From contig CAVXRD010000002.1 in NCBI GenBank assembly GCA_963764165.1, positions 1,536,001 to 1,600,000 of the forward strand: DNA of 64,000 nucleotides. The letters are read 5' to 3'. The position numbers and the translations under genes were made by a program. The notes beneath the pieces are model-generated. The model did no database searches, had not been told where the DNA came from, and saw nothing but the letters and a program-made list of their open reading frames with translations. Below, piece after piece: positions 48,221-58,616 of the stretch. Position 1 is the stretch's first letter. Each line of letters starts with the position of its first letter. The DNA comes from an uncultured Verrucomicrobiae bacterium (lineage in GTDB: Bacteria > Verrucomicrobiota > Verrucomicrobiia > Limisphaerales > Palsa-1400).

Positions 48221-48610
48221 TTATTTTGCTTTCGGATTCATTTCCCAGAGCGCAAAGGTATTTTTCTCCGTATCCTGGCAGATGGCAAGATAGCCCATCC
48301 CCGGAACGGCGGTCTTCGGCTTGCAGATGGCGCCGCCAAGCTTTTGCACCTTGGCCATGAATTTCGTCACGGACGGGACGGCAACGTAGTTGGTAATGGT
48401 CTGCGTGGTGTGCATCCGTTTCATCAACCCGCCGTCGGGTGAAGCATCGTCTCCAGCGGTGTCAATGTGATGATACTCCTCCATATGCGGCAGCGGATTG
48501 ATCTCCCAGCCGAACAATTTTCCGTAAAACGCCTTGGCCCGCGCGGTGTCATCCGCCGGAATTTCAAACCAGACAATGCCATGTGCAGTCTTCTTCTTTG
48601 ATGCGCTCAT
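48221..48610 (-). CDS. VOC/glyoxalase-family protein
   Basis: WFEIPADD, FYGKLFGW, DTEKNTFALWE. Confidence 0.9.
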   Translation of the reverse strand: MSASKKKTAHGIVWFEIPADDTARAKAFYGKLFGWEINPLPHMEEYHHIDTAGDDASPDGGLMKRMHTTQTITNYVAVPSVTKFMAKVQKLGGAICKPKTAVPGMGYLAICQDTEKNTFALWEMNPKAK

Positions 48611-48756
48611 TCAGTTTTCTTTCGTTCTTTGTTTAATATCCCTGCCTATAAATATGACGAACGGAAATCGCCAATTTGGACACCTTGCGAACAACTGTCC
48701 GCATCATCATGCAGACGTCTTCGTTAACTTGGCTCCCTCATGTCTAAAATCCTCGT

Positions 48757-50043
48757 TTAACCTGCCCCATGCTCCGCCGCCTCGCATTCCTTCAATCGTT
48801 GGGCGAGCAACATCTGCTCGGACTTCGTCGAAACCAGCTCCAACGCCCTGCGAAAATGCGCAATCGCGTCAGGCCAGTGTTTCAATTGCGATTCAAATTC
48901 GCCAAGAATCGTGTGGAACAGATAATACTCGCCAAGCGATTCGGCGCGGGCCATCGCGCGAATGGCCTCAAGCCCAGCTTGCGGCCCGTGAACTTCCGCC
49001 ACCGCCACCGCGCGATTCAGCGCGACAACAGGGGAGCCATCCATTTCCAATAGCCGGTCATACAGCGCTAGAATCTGCCGCCAATCCGTCGCGGCATAGT
49101 CTCGCGCCATGCAATGGCAGGCGGAAATGCCCGCCTGCAAATGATAGGCGCCGAGTTCCCCGCCGGCCGCCGAGCGCGCCAGATGCGCCATGCCGCCGGC
49201 AATCATGGTTTGATTCCAGCGCGAGCGATCCTGGTCGCGCAGGCGCAGCAGATTTCCCTTCGCATCGACCCGCGCCGCGGCGCGCGATCCATTGAGCAGC
49301 ATCAACGCCAGCAGCGCGTGGGTTCTGGGATGGCTGCCGGCGGGATGTTCCGCGAGCATCCCTGTCAATCGAATCGCCTCCGCGCAAACGTCATCGCGTA
49401 TCAACGCCTCGCCGCCCGATGCCTTGTAACCTTCGTTGAACATCAAATAGAGCGATTGCAAAACGGCGTCCAGCCGCTGGGTCAACTCAGCGCCGCTCGG
49501 GATTTCGAATCGGATATTGGCGTCGTGGATTTTCTGCTTGGCGCGAGTGAGGCGCTTGGCAATGGCGGCATCGGTGGTGAGAAAGGCATGCGCAATTTCC
49601 GTGACGCTGAAACCGCCAAGCGTTTTGAGCGCCAGCGCCACTTGCGCCTCGGGCGGAATCGCCGGATGGCAGCAGACAAACATCATGCGCAGGCGGTCGT
49701 CGGCAATTTCCTGCTCGCGCCCGGACATAATTCCGCCCGAAGGGCTTTCGCTCTCCACCAGCCTCGCAATTTCCGGCTCCTTTTCGCGGAACACTTTTTG
49801 GCGGCGAACGACGTCCAGCGCAAGGTTGCGCGCGACACGCATGAGCCACGCGGAAGGATTTTTGGGAACGCCATAAAACGGCCACGTCTGCAGCGCGCGG
49901 GCCAGCGCCTCCTGCACGACGTCCTCCGCCAGCGCGAGATGCTCGAGGCCAAAAATGCGCGTCAGCGTCGCAACCATTTTGGCCGACTCATGGCGGAAGA
50001 GATGTTCCACCACTTCAAATGTTTCAGATTTCTCGCTGCTCAT
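48757..50043 (-). CDS. ECF sigma factor with long C-terminal extension (ECF42-type)
   Basis: AEDVVQEA, CCHPA, LYLMFNEGY, QDRSRW, SPVVALNRAVA; next to a DGPF gene. Confidence 0.9.
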   Translation of the reverse strand: MSSEKSETFEVVEHLFRHESAKMVATLTRIFGLEHLALAEDVVQEALARALQTWPFYGVPKNPSAWLMRVARNLALDVVRRQKVFREKEPEIARLVESESPSGGIMSGREQEIADDRLRMMFVCCHPAIPPEAQVALALKTLGGFSVTEIAHAFLTTDAAIAKRLTRAKQKIHDANIRFEIPSGAELTQRLDAVLQSLYLMFNEGYKASGGEALIRDDVCAEAIRLTGMLAEHPAGSHPRTHALLALMLLNGSRAAARVDAKGNLLRLRDQDRSRWNQTMIAGGMAHLARSAAGGELGAYHLQAGISACHCMARDYAATDWRQILALYDRLLEMDGSPVVALNRAVAVAEVHGPQAGLEAIRAMARAESLGEYYLFHTILGEFESQLKHWPDAIAHFRRALELVSTKSEQMLLAQRLKECEAAEHGAG

Positions 50044-50216
50044 GGAACCGATGGAATTTCACGCCAGAATTTCCTCAATGCCTTTAACGCATCAAACAAG
50101 TTAGGCAAATCAACATCAGAAAAACACGAGTAAAATAAAAATTTGAAGCCACAGATGCGCATGGATGACTCATGTTTTCGATGAGGGGAACCGGGGCGCC
50201 GAGAGATGACCCGCCT

Positions 50217-51388
50217 TTACTGTGGCTGTTCCGAAGTCTCGATGATCGTGCGAATGGACTTTTTGAAGAGCGCCAATCCTTCATCGAACGCGGCGGAAAT
50301 CGGCATGATTTTGACGCGGCGGATTTTCGTCTTGAAGCGCTTCAAATTTTTCTCAAACGACGGCTCGTCCATTTTGTTGGCCACCACCAGGCGCGGCTTG
50401 TCAAGCAGCGCGGGATCGTAAAGCTCCAGTTCCTTGAGCAACTGCCGATAGTCATCCTCGGCTTTGCGCCCATCTGTGCCCGCCATATCCAGCAGGATGA
50501 TGAGCAATTTGCAGCGCTCGATGTGGCGGAGAAATTGGTGGCCAAGCCCGTGATTCTCGTGCGCCCCCTCGATCAATCCCGGGACATCGCAAACGGTAAG
50601 GCGATAAAAATCCGGATATTCGACGATGCCAATCTGCGGCGTCAGCGTCGTGAAGGGATACGGCGCGACTTTCGGACGCGCCTTGGAAATGGCCGCCAGC
50701 AGCGTTGACTTTCCGGCATTCGGGTACCCGACCAAGCCGACTTGCGCAATGGTGCGAAGCTCGAAGCGGTAATTCCCTTCCGAGCCCGGTTCACCGGGCT
50801 GCGCGAAGCGCGGAGTTTGGCGCCGCGCCGTCGCAAAATTCCTGTTCCCCAATCCGCCGCGACCGCCCTTGCACAACACAAATTGCTGGCCGTCTTCCGT
50901 CAAATCCGCCACCAGCTCGCCCTTCATCATGGGCTGCGGCGCCTGCGGTTCCTCTTCTTCGAGATTAATTTCCGTGGCGCGCTCCAATCCGGCGGTGCGA
51001 ATGATCGGCCGCCGGTGGAGGCGGGAAGAATGCGCGGCGGCTCGTCATCGTCGTCGTCATCATCGCCCTCGGGAGCGGGCGGCGCAGTTACTTCCATGAG
51101 CCATACCAGCGTCCCGCACGGAACCTTTACGATCAAATCTTTGCCGGCGATGCCGTCCATCCCTTTTCCCTTGCCCTGTTCGCCATCTTCGGCAATGAGC
51201 CGGGGATTATAGAATTGGTTGACGAGATTGTTGAGATCGTCGTCAGCTTGGAGAATGACGCTGCCGCCACGCCCGCCGTTGCCGCCGCTCGGGCCACCCT
51301 TGGGCCGAAACGTCTCCCGAAGAAAAGCCACGGCTCCCTTGCCGCCGTGACCCGCCTTGGCATAAATTTTTACTTCATCAACAAACAT
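50217..51388 (-). CDS. obgE: GTPase ObgE, split by a frameshift near 51010
   Basis: MFVDEV..GGPSGGNGGRGG in one frame; GYPNAGKS, PYPFTT, DVPG, NKMD in another. Confidence 0.92.
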
Positions 51389-51529
51389 TCAATCGTTCCA
51401 AAACGGCTCGGCAGGAGCCTCGCCCTACCGCGCCTCACCATTCCCCTCCATGCCGCAAATAAAAAAGGCGAGGCCTTGCAACCTCGCCAGCCCCCGCGCC
51501 CTTTATTCCCGGAGGAAAATTCTCACTAA

Positions 51530-51805
51530 CTAATTAGTGGCAGCTTTTGCTTCCGCTTGAGCTTCCGGCGTCACATTGACGCGGCGGCTCTGCTTGTCGA
51601 ACAGCACGCGGCCGTCGATAAGCGCAAAAAGTGTCCAATCGCGGCCGGTGCCGACATTGTGCCCGGCGATGAACTTGGAGCCGCGCTGGCGGACGAGGAT
51701 GCTGCCGGCGGTGACCAATTGCCCGCCAAATTCCTTGACGCCGAGGCGCTTGCTGACGCTGTCGCGTCCATTGCGAACGCTGCCTTGACCTTTCTTATGT
51801 GCCAT
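51530..51805 (-). CDS. rpmA: 50S ribosomal protein L27
   Basis: [16 protein letters not shown]. Confidence 0.98.
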   Translation of the reverse strand: MAHKKGQGSVRNGRDSVSKRLGVKEFGGQLVTAGSILVRQRGSKFIAGHNVGTGRDWTLFALIDGRVLFDKQSRRVNVTPEAQAEAKAATN

Positions 51806-51816
51806 AAAATCTGCTC

Positions 51817-52128
51817 TTAGAGTTTAATTTCCTTGATCTTGATCACCGACAATTCGGCGCGGGACCCGATCTTCTTGTGATAGCCCTTGCGGCGCTTCAT
51901 CTTGAACGCGACTTTCTTTTCGCCGCGAATATGTTCCACCACATCCGCTTCCACGGTGATCTTCGCGAGGGACGCGAGGTCCGACGTGAATTTGCCGTCG
52001 TTGGCGACGAGCAGCACACGTTGGAACGTGAAAGGCTTGCCCGCTTCCGCGGACACACGATCGACTTGGATCGTGTCACCCGCGGTGACGCGATACTGTT
52101 TGCTTCCGGTTTCGATTACAGCGTACAT
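51817..52128 (-). CDS. rplU: 50S ribosomal protein L21
   Basis: [23 protein letters not shown]. Confidence 0.97.
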   Translation of the reverse strand: MYAVIETGSKQYRVTAGDTIQVDRVSAEAGKPFTFQRVLLVANDGKFTSDLASLAKITVEADVVEHIRGEKKVAFKMKRRKGYHKKIGSRAELSVIKIKEIKL

Positions 52129-52365
52129 AAGACCAATTTCAAAAAAGGAGCGTTATTCACTCAAATTGCGCCCCTTATGTCAACCCTTTCTTCCACATTT
52201 TGCAGAACTTTCTTCACCAAACCCCATAAATATGCTGATAATCAACATATTACGCGCAATATAGCGTATTCCCGGAGATCCGCAACGGGAGTAATGTAAA
52301 GATTGGGTAAGGATTTCACCCCAAAAGAGCCGATGATCCCCTTACCCGGAACGGTGGAGATAGTT

Positions 52366-52511
52366 TGGGGAGCGCACGTCCCGCCTTGGCGGGATGCCGT
52401 GTTCCGCGCCCTCGCGGAATACATTTGGGCCGGCCCCATCAGTGCGATCCATTTGCCAAGGGCGACTGGCGGGGCGCCAGTCGTCCACACCCGAGGGCGG
52501 GTGTGCTCCCC
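52366..52511. repeat. REP-like palindromic element
   Basis: GGGGAGCGCAC...GTGTGCTCCCC ends with internal hairpins. Confidence 0.6.
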
Positions 52512-53280
52512 GGAAATGAACCGCATCGCTCCGGCCTGGCCGGTCAAATAGTGCCATAACCTCAAAAATCTGGGTGCAATAATCGCGGTAAAAGCAGAGG
52601 GTGCAATAGGGTGCAATAGAGTGAAACGGTTTTTGCCCGGCGAGACCCGGTTGAATGTTCCTCTGCGCACTCATCTTCTCTGCGCGAACGTTCTTTTCCC
52701 TCTGGGGCGACTTCGTAACGGATTCCAATAGTCCGGGGATTAAGCTGCGTGTGTGCGCGGTAAGCGGCCTCGACGATCTGTGCGTGAATTCACTGGCTTT
52801 CATCGTGGCATTAAACGCAATCGCGCGCAGAGGTGCGGAGAACGCAGAGTTTCCTCGCCGAAATGAATCAAATTTGGCGCTGCTGCTCCACCGAAGTCGT
52901 TGAGGAACCCGGAAATTCCGTTGCTGTGGCCCCGATGACCTTCAATATGACCTTGCATATGCATCGTTACACTTTGGCACGGCTGGGGCTGGATGGAAAA
53001 CCTACCAGAGTGTTTTCGGCACGATTTTGGGAGGAAAAATGCGGTGAATTGAATCAGGAACGACCGAACGCAGGAAAAGAGGCCAATGGGGGACTTCAAC
53101 GCAAGGACGCCAAGTCGCAAGGGCACAGGAATTTGGCTGACTCTTGGGAAAGGAGCGCCGCGTGAGGGCACGCGGCCTACAGGGACACCGCCAATTCAAC
53201 ATTGTAGGCCGGGTACCCTTACCCGGCGGTCGGATCGAGGGGGGCATGGGCAAAGCATTGAATATGACTATAATCTCCAA

Positions 53281-53375
53281 AAACCCGCTACACCCGCTAC
53301 ATCGTTGATTATCAACCAGATAAACCGCTACATGGGCGCTACAAACCCGCTACAAACCCGCTACAAACCCGCTAC
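53281..53375. repeat. Imperfect tandem repeat of AACCCGCTACA (seven units)
   Basis: Seen directly. Confidence 0.8.
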
Positions 53376-53606
53376 ATTTCTTCCAAGAGGGTTACAATTG
53401 AATGAAACAATCTATTTTTCATGGCCCCTTCAGGCTGTCGTCGCGGATCCGTTGGCCACTATTCATTCCCCTGAAAACAGCGAGGAATCCCAACATTTAC
53501 TGCAACAAGAGTGCAACAGGTACCTGCAACACTTTCGGCTCCGCAGGTGACCGACGGGGCCAGCCGCCTGATCGTTCCCGCCGCCAATGTGGTGTCAAAT
53601 TCATGT

Positions 53607-56600
53607 CTATTTCCCGAAACGATGGGACAGTTTGTTTGTTTTGGGGGCTGGCTGATACTTGACGGAAAGCGCCTTGTCGCGCTCGCTTTGTGTCCCTCCT
53701 AATTTCTGGTAAGCCTCCGTTGCAAGACTCGCGGCAACGGCTCGTTGAAATTCCGGGTCATTCATAAACCGGGCGACTATCGCCTCATTTTGGTCCATGC
53801 GTTCGAGCATGAGTGTTTCAAGCAGGTTGCTGAATACGAGTGAGAACTTATCCGCCGGATTTGCCTTAGCCGCCTGCTGAAGGCGTGCGTCTCCAACCGC
53901 GATTGCGGTAATTTGATCGAAGAAGAACTGGTCGGCCTGATTAAAATCCGTCCCGAATCGGGAATTCAACAGGTCAATGAGGCGTGAGAGCGCAATTTTC
54001 TCCTCTCGCAAAAGACCGCTTCCTACCTCGCTCGGCCCATCCAATGGTTTGGAATATCCTTCCCTTAAATCAATCGACCCCTCGGCGATTTTCTGGAGTC
54101 GGTAGTATTCCAGTCTCACCTCCTCATCAAATTGGTAGGCGGTGCCACTCGTTCGCTTTGGCAGCTTGGGTGAAAGATGGCGGAGAAAAGTGTAGAGCCG
54201 TTCAAGGTCGGAATCCTGATAGGGAATGATCTGGCTTAGAAATGCGTAGAGATTGCGAAATGCCACCAGCTTCCCGCGCCACAGTTCCGCCTCTTCCTCA
54301 TCGGACTCCAACATTGCGGCAAAACGGTCCACGGACGGATCAAGGGCAGCATTCATGGCCTTGTGGTCGGAAATGCTCTGGCGTTCCTTCGGCTTGAAAT
54401 AAATCTCGCAAAACCTCAGAACTTCTTCGGTAAGATAAATGGCCGACGCATCCAATTCAGCTTTGATTTCGTATAGTCTGGCAGGTTCAACGTCCTCTCC
54501 CATCTGCGCGCCCTCATAAAACTGCTTGAACGCCTCCTGGATTTCCTGGCGGTCATTGACGAAATCCATAACGAACGTTTCCTCCTTGAGCGGATGAATT
54601 CGGTTCAGCCGGGATAGCGTCTGCACGGCCTGAATTCCTGTGAGCCGCTTGTCCAGGTACATCGTGTGCAATAAGGGCTGGTCGAAGCCGGTTTGATATT
54701 TTTCCGCCACCAGCAGAACCTGGTATTCGGTCGTTGAAAATTTCTCCGGCAGTTCCTTTTCTCGGATACCGCAATTCATCCCTTCCTCCGTGTAATTCTT
54801 GTCGGGGAATTTGTCATCAACGACGGTGCCGCTGAAAGCCACCAACGTCTTAATCGGATACCCTTTATCCTTTATATATTGGTCAAAGCTTTGCTTATAC
54901 CGCACCGCTTCCAGACGCGAACCGGTCACCACCATCGCCTTCGCGCGCCCGCCAATCTTATGCCGGGTCGCTCTATTGAAGTGTTCTACCATCACCTGAG
55001 TTTTTTGTGAGATGTTGACCGGGTGCAGTTTCATGAACCGGGCGAGCGCCTTTGCCGCCTTCTTGCGTTCCACGTTGGGATCGTCCTCACACGACTTGAG
55101 CAATTTGAAATACGCGGCGTAAGTCGTGTAATTCTTCAACACATCCATGATGAAGCCCTCCTCAATGGCCTGCCGCATTGTGTAGCGATGGAATGGCTTT
55201 CCATTTCGGCCAAAGACGGCCAGCGTCTTGTGTTTGGGCGTGGCGGTGAATGCGAAAAAGCTCAAATTCGCCTGCCTTCCACGCTTGGCCATGCTGCGGA
55301 AAAGCCCTTCGTAGCCCGCCAATCCTTCCTGTTCGGCCTGCGCTTTTGCCTTCGCCCGGAGTTCTTCGCCGCCCAAGACCTCCTTCAGATCGGTTGCCGT
55401 CTCGCCCGACTGCGAACTGTGAGCCTCGTCAATAATGACCGCACAACGCCGCGTGGGCAGGGCACCGGACGAATTCTCTCCGCGCTCTTCGGCCAGCTTG
55501 AGCAATTGCCGGGAGACGAACGGGAACTTCTGGAGGGTCGTGATGATGATCGGCACGCAATTCTCAAGTGCCTCGGCCAATTGCCGCGAGTTATTGTCCA
55601 CCTTTAGGACGACGCCTTGCTTGTGCTCAAATTGGTAAATGGTGTCCTGCAATTGTTGATCCAGCACCACGCGGTCCGTGACCACGATGACCGTGTCAAA
55701 AACACGCGCATCTCTGGCGTTGTGCAAGGACGCCAGCCGGTGCGCCAGCCAGGCGATGGTGTTGCTCTTGCCGCTCCCGGCCGAATGCTCGACCAGATAA
55801 TTGCATCCGGGCCCTTCGGTTTTGGCGGCGGACTCGATGCCGCGAACGGCTTGCAGTTGGTGATAGCGTGGGAACACCATCGTTTCCCGTTTGACTTTGC
55901 GTCCCTGATCGTCGCGCTTCTCCTCAATTTGCAAATGGATAAACCGCGCCAGCATGTCCAGCAGGCTGTCGCGCTGCAATGACTCCTCCCACAGATAGGC
56001 TGTGCGGTAATTTCTGCCTTGCGGGTCAGGTGGATTTCCTGCGGCGCCCTCTTGGCCTTTGTTGAAAGGCAGAAAATGAGTGGCCGTGCCCGCCAGCCGC
56101 GTCGTCATAAAAACCTGCTCTGTATCCGCGGCAAAATGGACCAGCGTGCGTTTCTTGAAATCAAAAATAAGCTCGCGCGGATCGCGGTCCCGCCGGTATT
56201 GGGCCATGGCGTCCTCAACCGTCTGGCCGGTGAGCGGATTCTTCAATTCGACCGTGGCCAGTGGAATTCCGTTCACACTTAATACAACGTCCAACGACTT
56301 CTCGTTGCGCGTTGAAAAACGAAGCTGGCGCGTGATAGCGACGCGGTTTTTCGCGTATCGTTCCTCCAATTCAGGGTTCAGGCCGTGCGCCGCCTTGAAG
56401 AACGCCACGCGCAACGTTTTGCCGTAGCATTTGAAACCGTGTCGCAAGGTGGCAAGACTGCCATAGGCATCCATCCATTTGCATAGGTCCGTCAGAATTT
56501 GTTCACCGGTTTTTGCACCGTGCAATGCCTCGAGTTTGCCCCACTCCTTTGGCTGCGTCTCGCGAATAAAGCCGAGCGCAACGTCGGGGAAAATCGCGCG

Positions 56601-56699
56601 TTCCCGGTCAAAGCCATCGCGGTTCACAAGAATAAAGCCTTGATCGAGCAAGTGACGCTCGATGGCGATCTCAAAGGCGATTTCGGCGATGCGGCTCAT
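53607..56699 (-). CDS. hsdR: Type I restriction enzyme R subunit
   Basis: D..VNGIP..VELKN, HSAGSGKS, IIDEAHSSQ, FTATPK, TGFDQP. Confidence 0.95.
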   Translation of the reverse strand: MSRIAEIAFEIAIERHLLDQGFILVNRDGFDRERAIFPDVALGFIRETQPKEWGKLEALHGAKTGEQILTDLCKWMDAYGSLATLRHGFKCYGKTLRVAFFKAAHGLNPELEERYAKNRVAITRQLRFSTRNEKSLDVVLSVNGIPLATVELKNPLTGQTVEDAMAQYRRDRDPRELIFDFKKRTLVHFAADTEQVFMTTRLAGTATHFLPFNKGQEGAAGNPPDPQGRNYRTAYLWEESLQRDSLLDMLARFIHLQIEEKRDDQGRKVKRETMVFPRYHQLQAVRGIESAAKTEGPGCNYLVEHSAGSGKSNTIAWLAHRLASLHNARDARVFDTVIVVTDRVVLDQQLQDTIYQFEHKQGVVLKVDNNSRQLAEALENCVPIIITTLQKFPFVSRQLLKLAEERGENSSGALPTRRCAVIIDEAHSSQSGETATDLKEVLGGEELRAKAKAQAEQEGLAGYEGLFRSMAKRGRQANLSFFAFTATPKHKTLAVFGRNGKPFHRYTMRQAIEEGFIMDVLKNYTTYAAYFKLLKSCEDDPNVERKKAAKALARFMKLHPVNISQKTQVMVEHFNRATRHKIGGRAKAMVVTGSRLEAVRYKQSFDQYIKDKGYPIKTLVAFSGTVVDDKFPDKNYTEEGMNCGIREKELPEKFSTTEYQVLLVAEKYQTGFDQPLLHTMYLDKRLTGIQAVQTLSRLNRIHPLKEETFVMDFVNDRQEIQEAFKQFYEGAQMGEDVEPARLYEIKAELDASAIYLTEEVLRFCEIYFKPKERQSISDHKAMNAALDPSVDRFAAMLESDEEEAELWRGKLVAFRNLYAFLSQIIPYQDSDLERLYTFLRHLSPKLPKRTSGTAYQFDEEVRLEYYRLQKIAEGSIDLREGYSKPLDGPSEVGSGLLREEKIALSRLIDLLNSRFGTDFNQADQFFFDQITAIAVGDARLQQAAKANPADKFSLVFSNLLETLMLERMDQNEAIVARFMNDPEFQRAVAASLATEAYQKLGGTQSERDKALSVKYQPAPKTNKLSHRFGK

Positions 56700-57330
56700 A
56701 CGCGAGCGAGACGCTTTCGCAGCCAATAAACCACGACCTGACAAAAGGGCGAAAGCTCATTCTCATCGGATTCACCATTCCAATCGCGCAACCACCTCTC
56801 CAAGGTAACGCGTTTAATCTCCCCTCGCTGGCGCAACGTGCGGAAAAAGCTATCCAGTGTGGCTTTGCGATTGTTTTTCAGAAAGGCGGTGTTGAGGTTC
56901 AGCACCGTCTCTAATTCACTGTTGAATGTCGCGTCATCGGATGCAATTCGACCGTCGCCTTCGTAACGGACGAAACCTTCCACCCTGTGCGCGGGTTCTG
57001 CCGGGTTCTTTGAAAGCAACGCGTTTCCCTTCTTGGTATCACAATGCTGCAGCTTGCTCGGCTGGCCCTCGCCGCCAAGACACGCGCCGAGCAGGTTGGA
57101 ATAGCGCAATTGCTCGCCGGGAAACTCAACTCGACTGTGCCAGTGTTCAATTTTCATTCCGTCCGCTGCCGGGCGAATTCGCGATAGGCAGTAACAGCAA
57201 AGACCGCGCTGCTCCTTTGCAAGTTGGTGGCGCAACGTGTCCTTGCCCCGTAGTTGTCATAATCCGCGTGAGCGGTGAGGCGGTGCTGGGTGAGACTTGC
57301 CGGTTCGGGTCCTTTGTGGATTGTCCTCAT
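56696..57330 (-). CDS. HNH endonuclease (PtuB-like), frameshifted near 57249
   Basis: MRTIHKGPEP..YDNY in one frame; EQRGLCCYC, IEHWH, YSNLLGAC, HCDTKKG in the next. Confidence 0.85.
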
Positions 57331-58616
57331 GCCGTGGATTCCAGAAAACTCATGAGCGACCGTGCCCGCGTGATTTCTGGATCGTCCGGGCCGATTTTTG
57401 CCTCCACCTTAGGCAGCAGGGTTCTTGCAGCCTCGAAATCTTCCCTGTCAATCAATCCAAACAGATTCCGCAGCAATTGTTCGACGGATTCATCTCGGGC
57501 CTTGGCGTCCATCAATTCTTCCAGGACACGGCTCGAATCAATTCCGAACGAACGCAGCGGTGTGGTCACCTGATCGCCATCCAATAGCCGCACTTCTTCC
57601 GGTGTCACTTCGCCGATGACCTGCGGTGAATGGGATGTGCAAACAAATTGGACGCTGGGAAAGGTTTCCTTCAAATCGGTGGCAATGCGCCTCTGCCACT
57701 TCGGGTGCAGATGCACGTCCAGTTCGTCAATCAACACCACGCCTGGCGAATTCCTAAGGACATACATGGGGTTATTCGCTCCCGGCTCCTCCGGTCCATA
57801 CGAATAGGAATTTAGCGCCACAGCCTTGATTGCGATATCGGCCACCATAGCGACCATCATGCGCTGGCCTGCACTCAAATTGTAAAATGGCTGCTCGAAC
57901 CTGCCGATTGAAAGAACAATTTCCTTCAAGTCGCTGTCATACCGTAAATTGTCCGCGTCGGGGATACATTGCAATACCGCGTGTTTGACTGCGCGATAGC
58001 CCGGTCGTTCCTCGCCGCGTTCATTTGTAGCTACAGCCTCGAACAAAAACCATTCGTTCAATTCATGGTCACGGATGGGTGTATCAAGACATTTGCGGTA
58101 AGGGTCAAACTGCTGGGGCTTGCGCTGACTGGTGCGCAAAGCGGGTCGTTTATTGGTTGCCGACCATGCGCGACCTGCGCCGTAGTAGGCCAGTACGGGC
58201 AACAGCGCTCGTTGATGCAATGCGGCCTGAACGGTATCATACACAGCTTTTTCTGCTTCCCTCGCCCCAGCGTTGATCGTGCGCGTTCCACCATCCCGAA
58301 TCATGCGCGTCCAACTCAAATTCTCTTTGCTGCCGATCTTTCCCTCCACGGTAATTTTGGTCGGCAATTGGGGACGAAAATAGGTCCGGTCCCCCGCGCG
58401 CACGGGCGTGAGCCTGATTTCCTCTTCCAGAATGTTGCGCCAGCCCGTCTTCGGTATGCCCTTGTGCCAGATGCCAAGCGCGACAGCCAGCGCATCTAGC
58501 AGACTCGTTTTTCCGGATCCGTTGTCACCCACCAATAACGTGAATTGACGGTGCAACTCAACGGTTGTTTTCTCGAACTTTTTAAAGTTCTCGATCGTCA
58601 GGCGGTCAATTCTCAT
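57327..58616 (-). CDS. ABC/AAA ATPase (PtuA/Septu-like)
   Basis: GDNGSGKT, YYGAGR, LSAGQR, GVVLIDELDVHLHPKWQ, TSHSP. Confidence 0.9.
   Translation of the reverse strand: MRIDRLTIENFKKFEKTTVELHRQFTLLVGDNGSGKTSLLDALAVALGIWHKGIPKTGWRNILEEEIRLTPVRAGDRTYFRPQLPTKITVEGKIGSKENLSWTRMIRDGGTRTINAGAREAEKAVYDTVQAALHQRALLPVLAYYGAGRAWSATNKRPALRTSQRKPQQFDPYRKCLDTPIRDHELNEWFLFEAVATNERGEERPGYRAVKHAVLQCIPDADNLRYDSDLKEIVLSIGRFEQPFYNLSAGQRMMVAMVADIAIKAVALNSYSYGPEEPGANNPMYVLRNSPGVVLIDELDVHLHPKWQRRIATDLKETFPSVQFVCTSHSPQVIGEVTPEEVRLLDGDQVTTPLRSFGIDSSRVLEELMDAKARDESVEQLLRNLFGLIDREDFEAARTLLPKVEAKIGPDDPEITRARSLMSFLESTA

Noticed and set aside
51000..51030. Programmed frameshift in obgE
   Set aside because: No slippery heptamer at the break; an assembly indel is simpler.
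53281..53375. Possible CRISPR array
   Set aside because: Units are about 11 bp, mostly adjacent, without unique spacers; no cas genes in the window.
56696..58616. Retron system
   Set aside because: PtuAB-like genes are present but no reverse transcriptase or msr-msd region was found.
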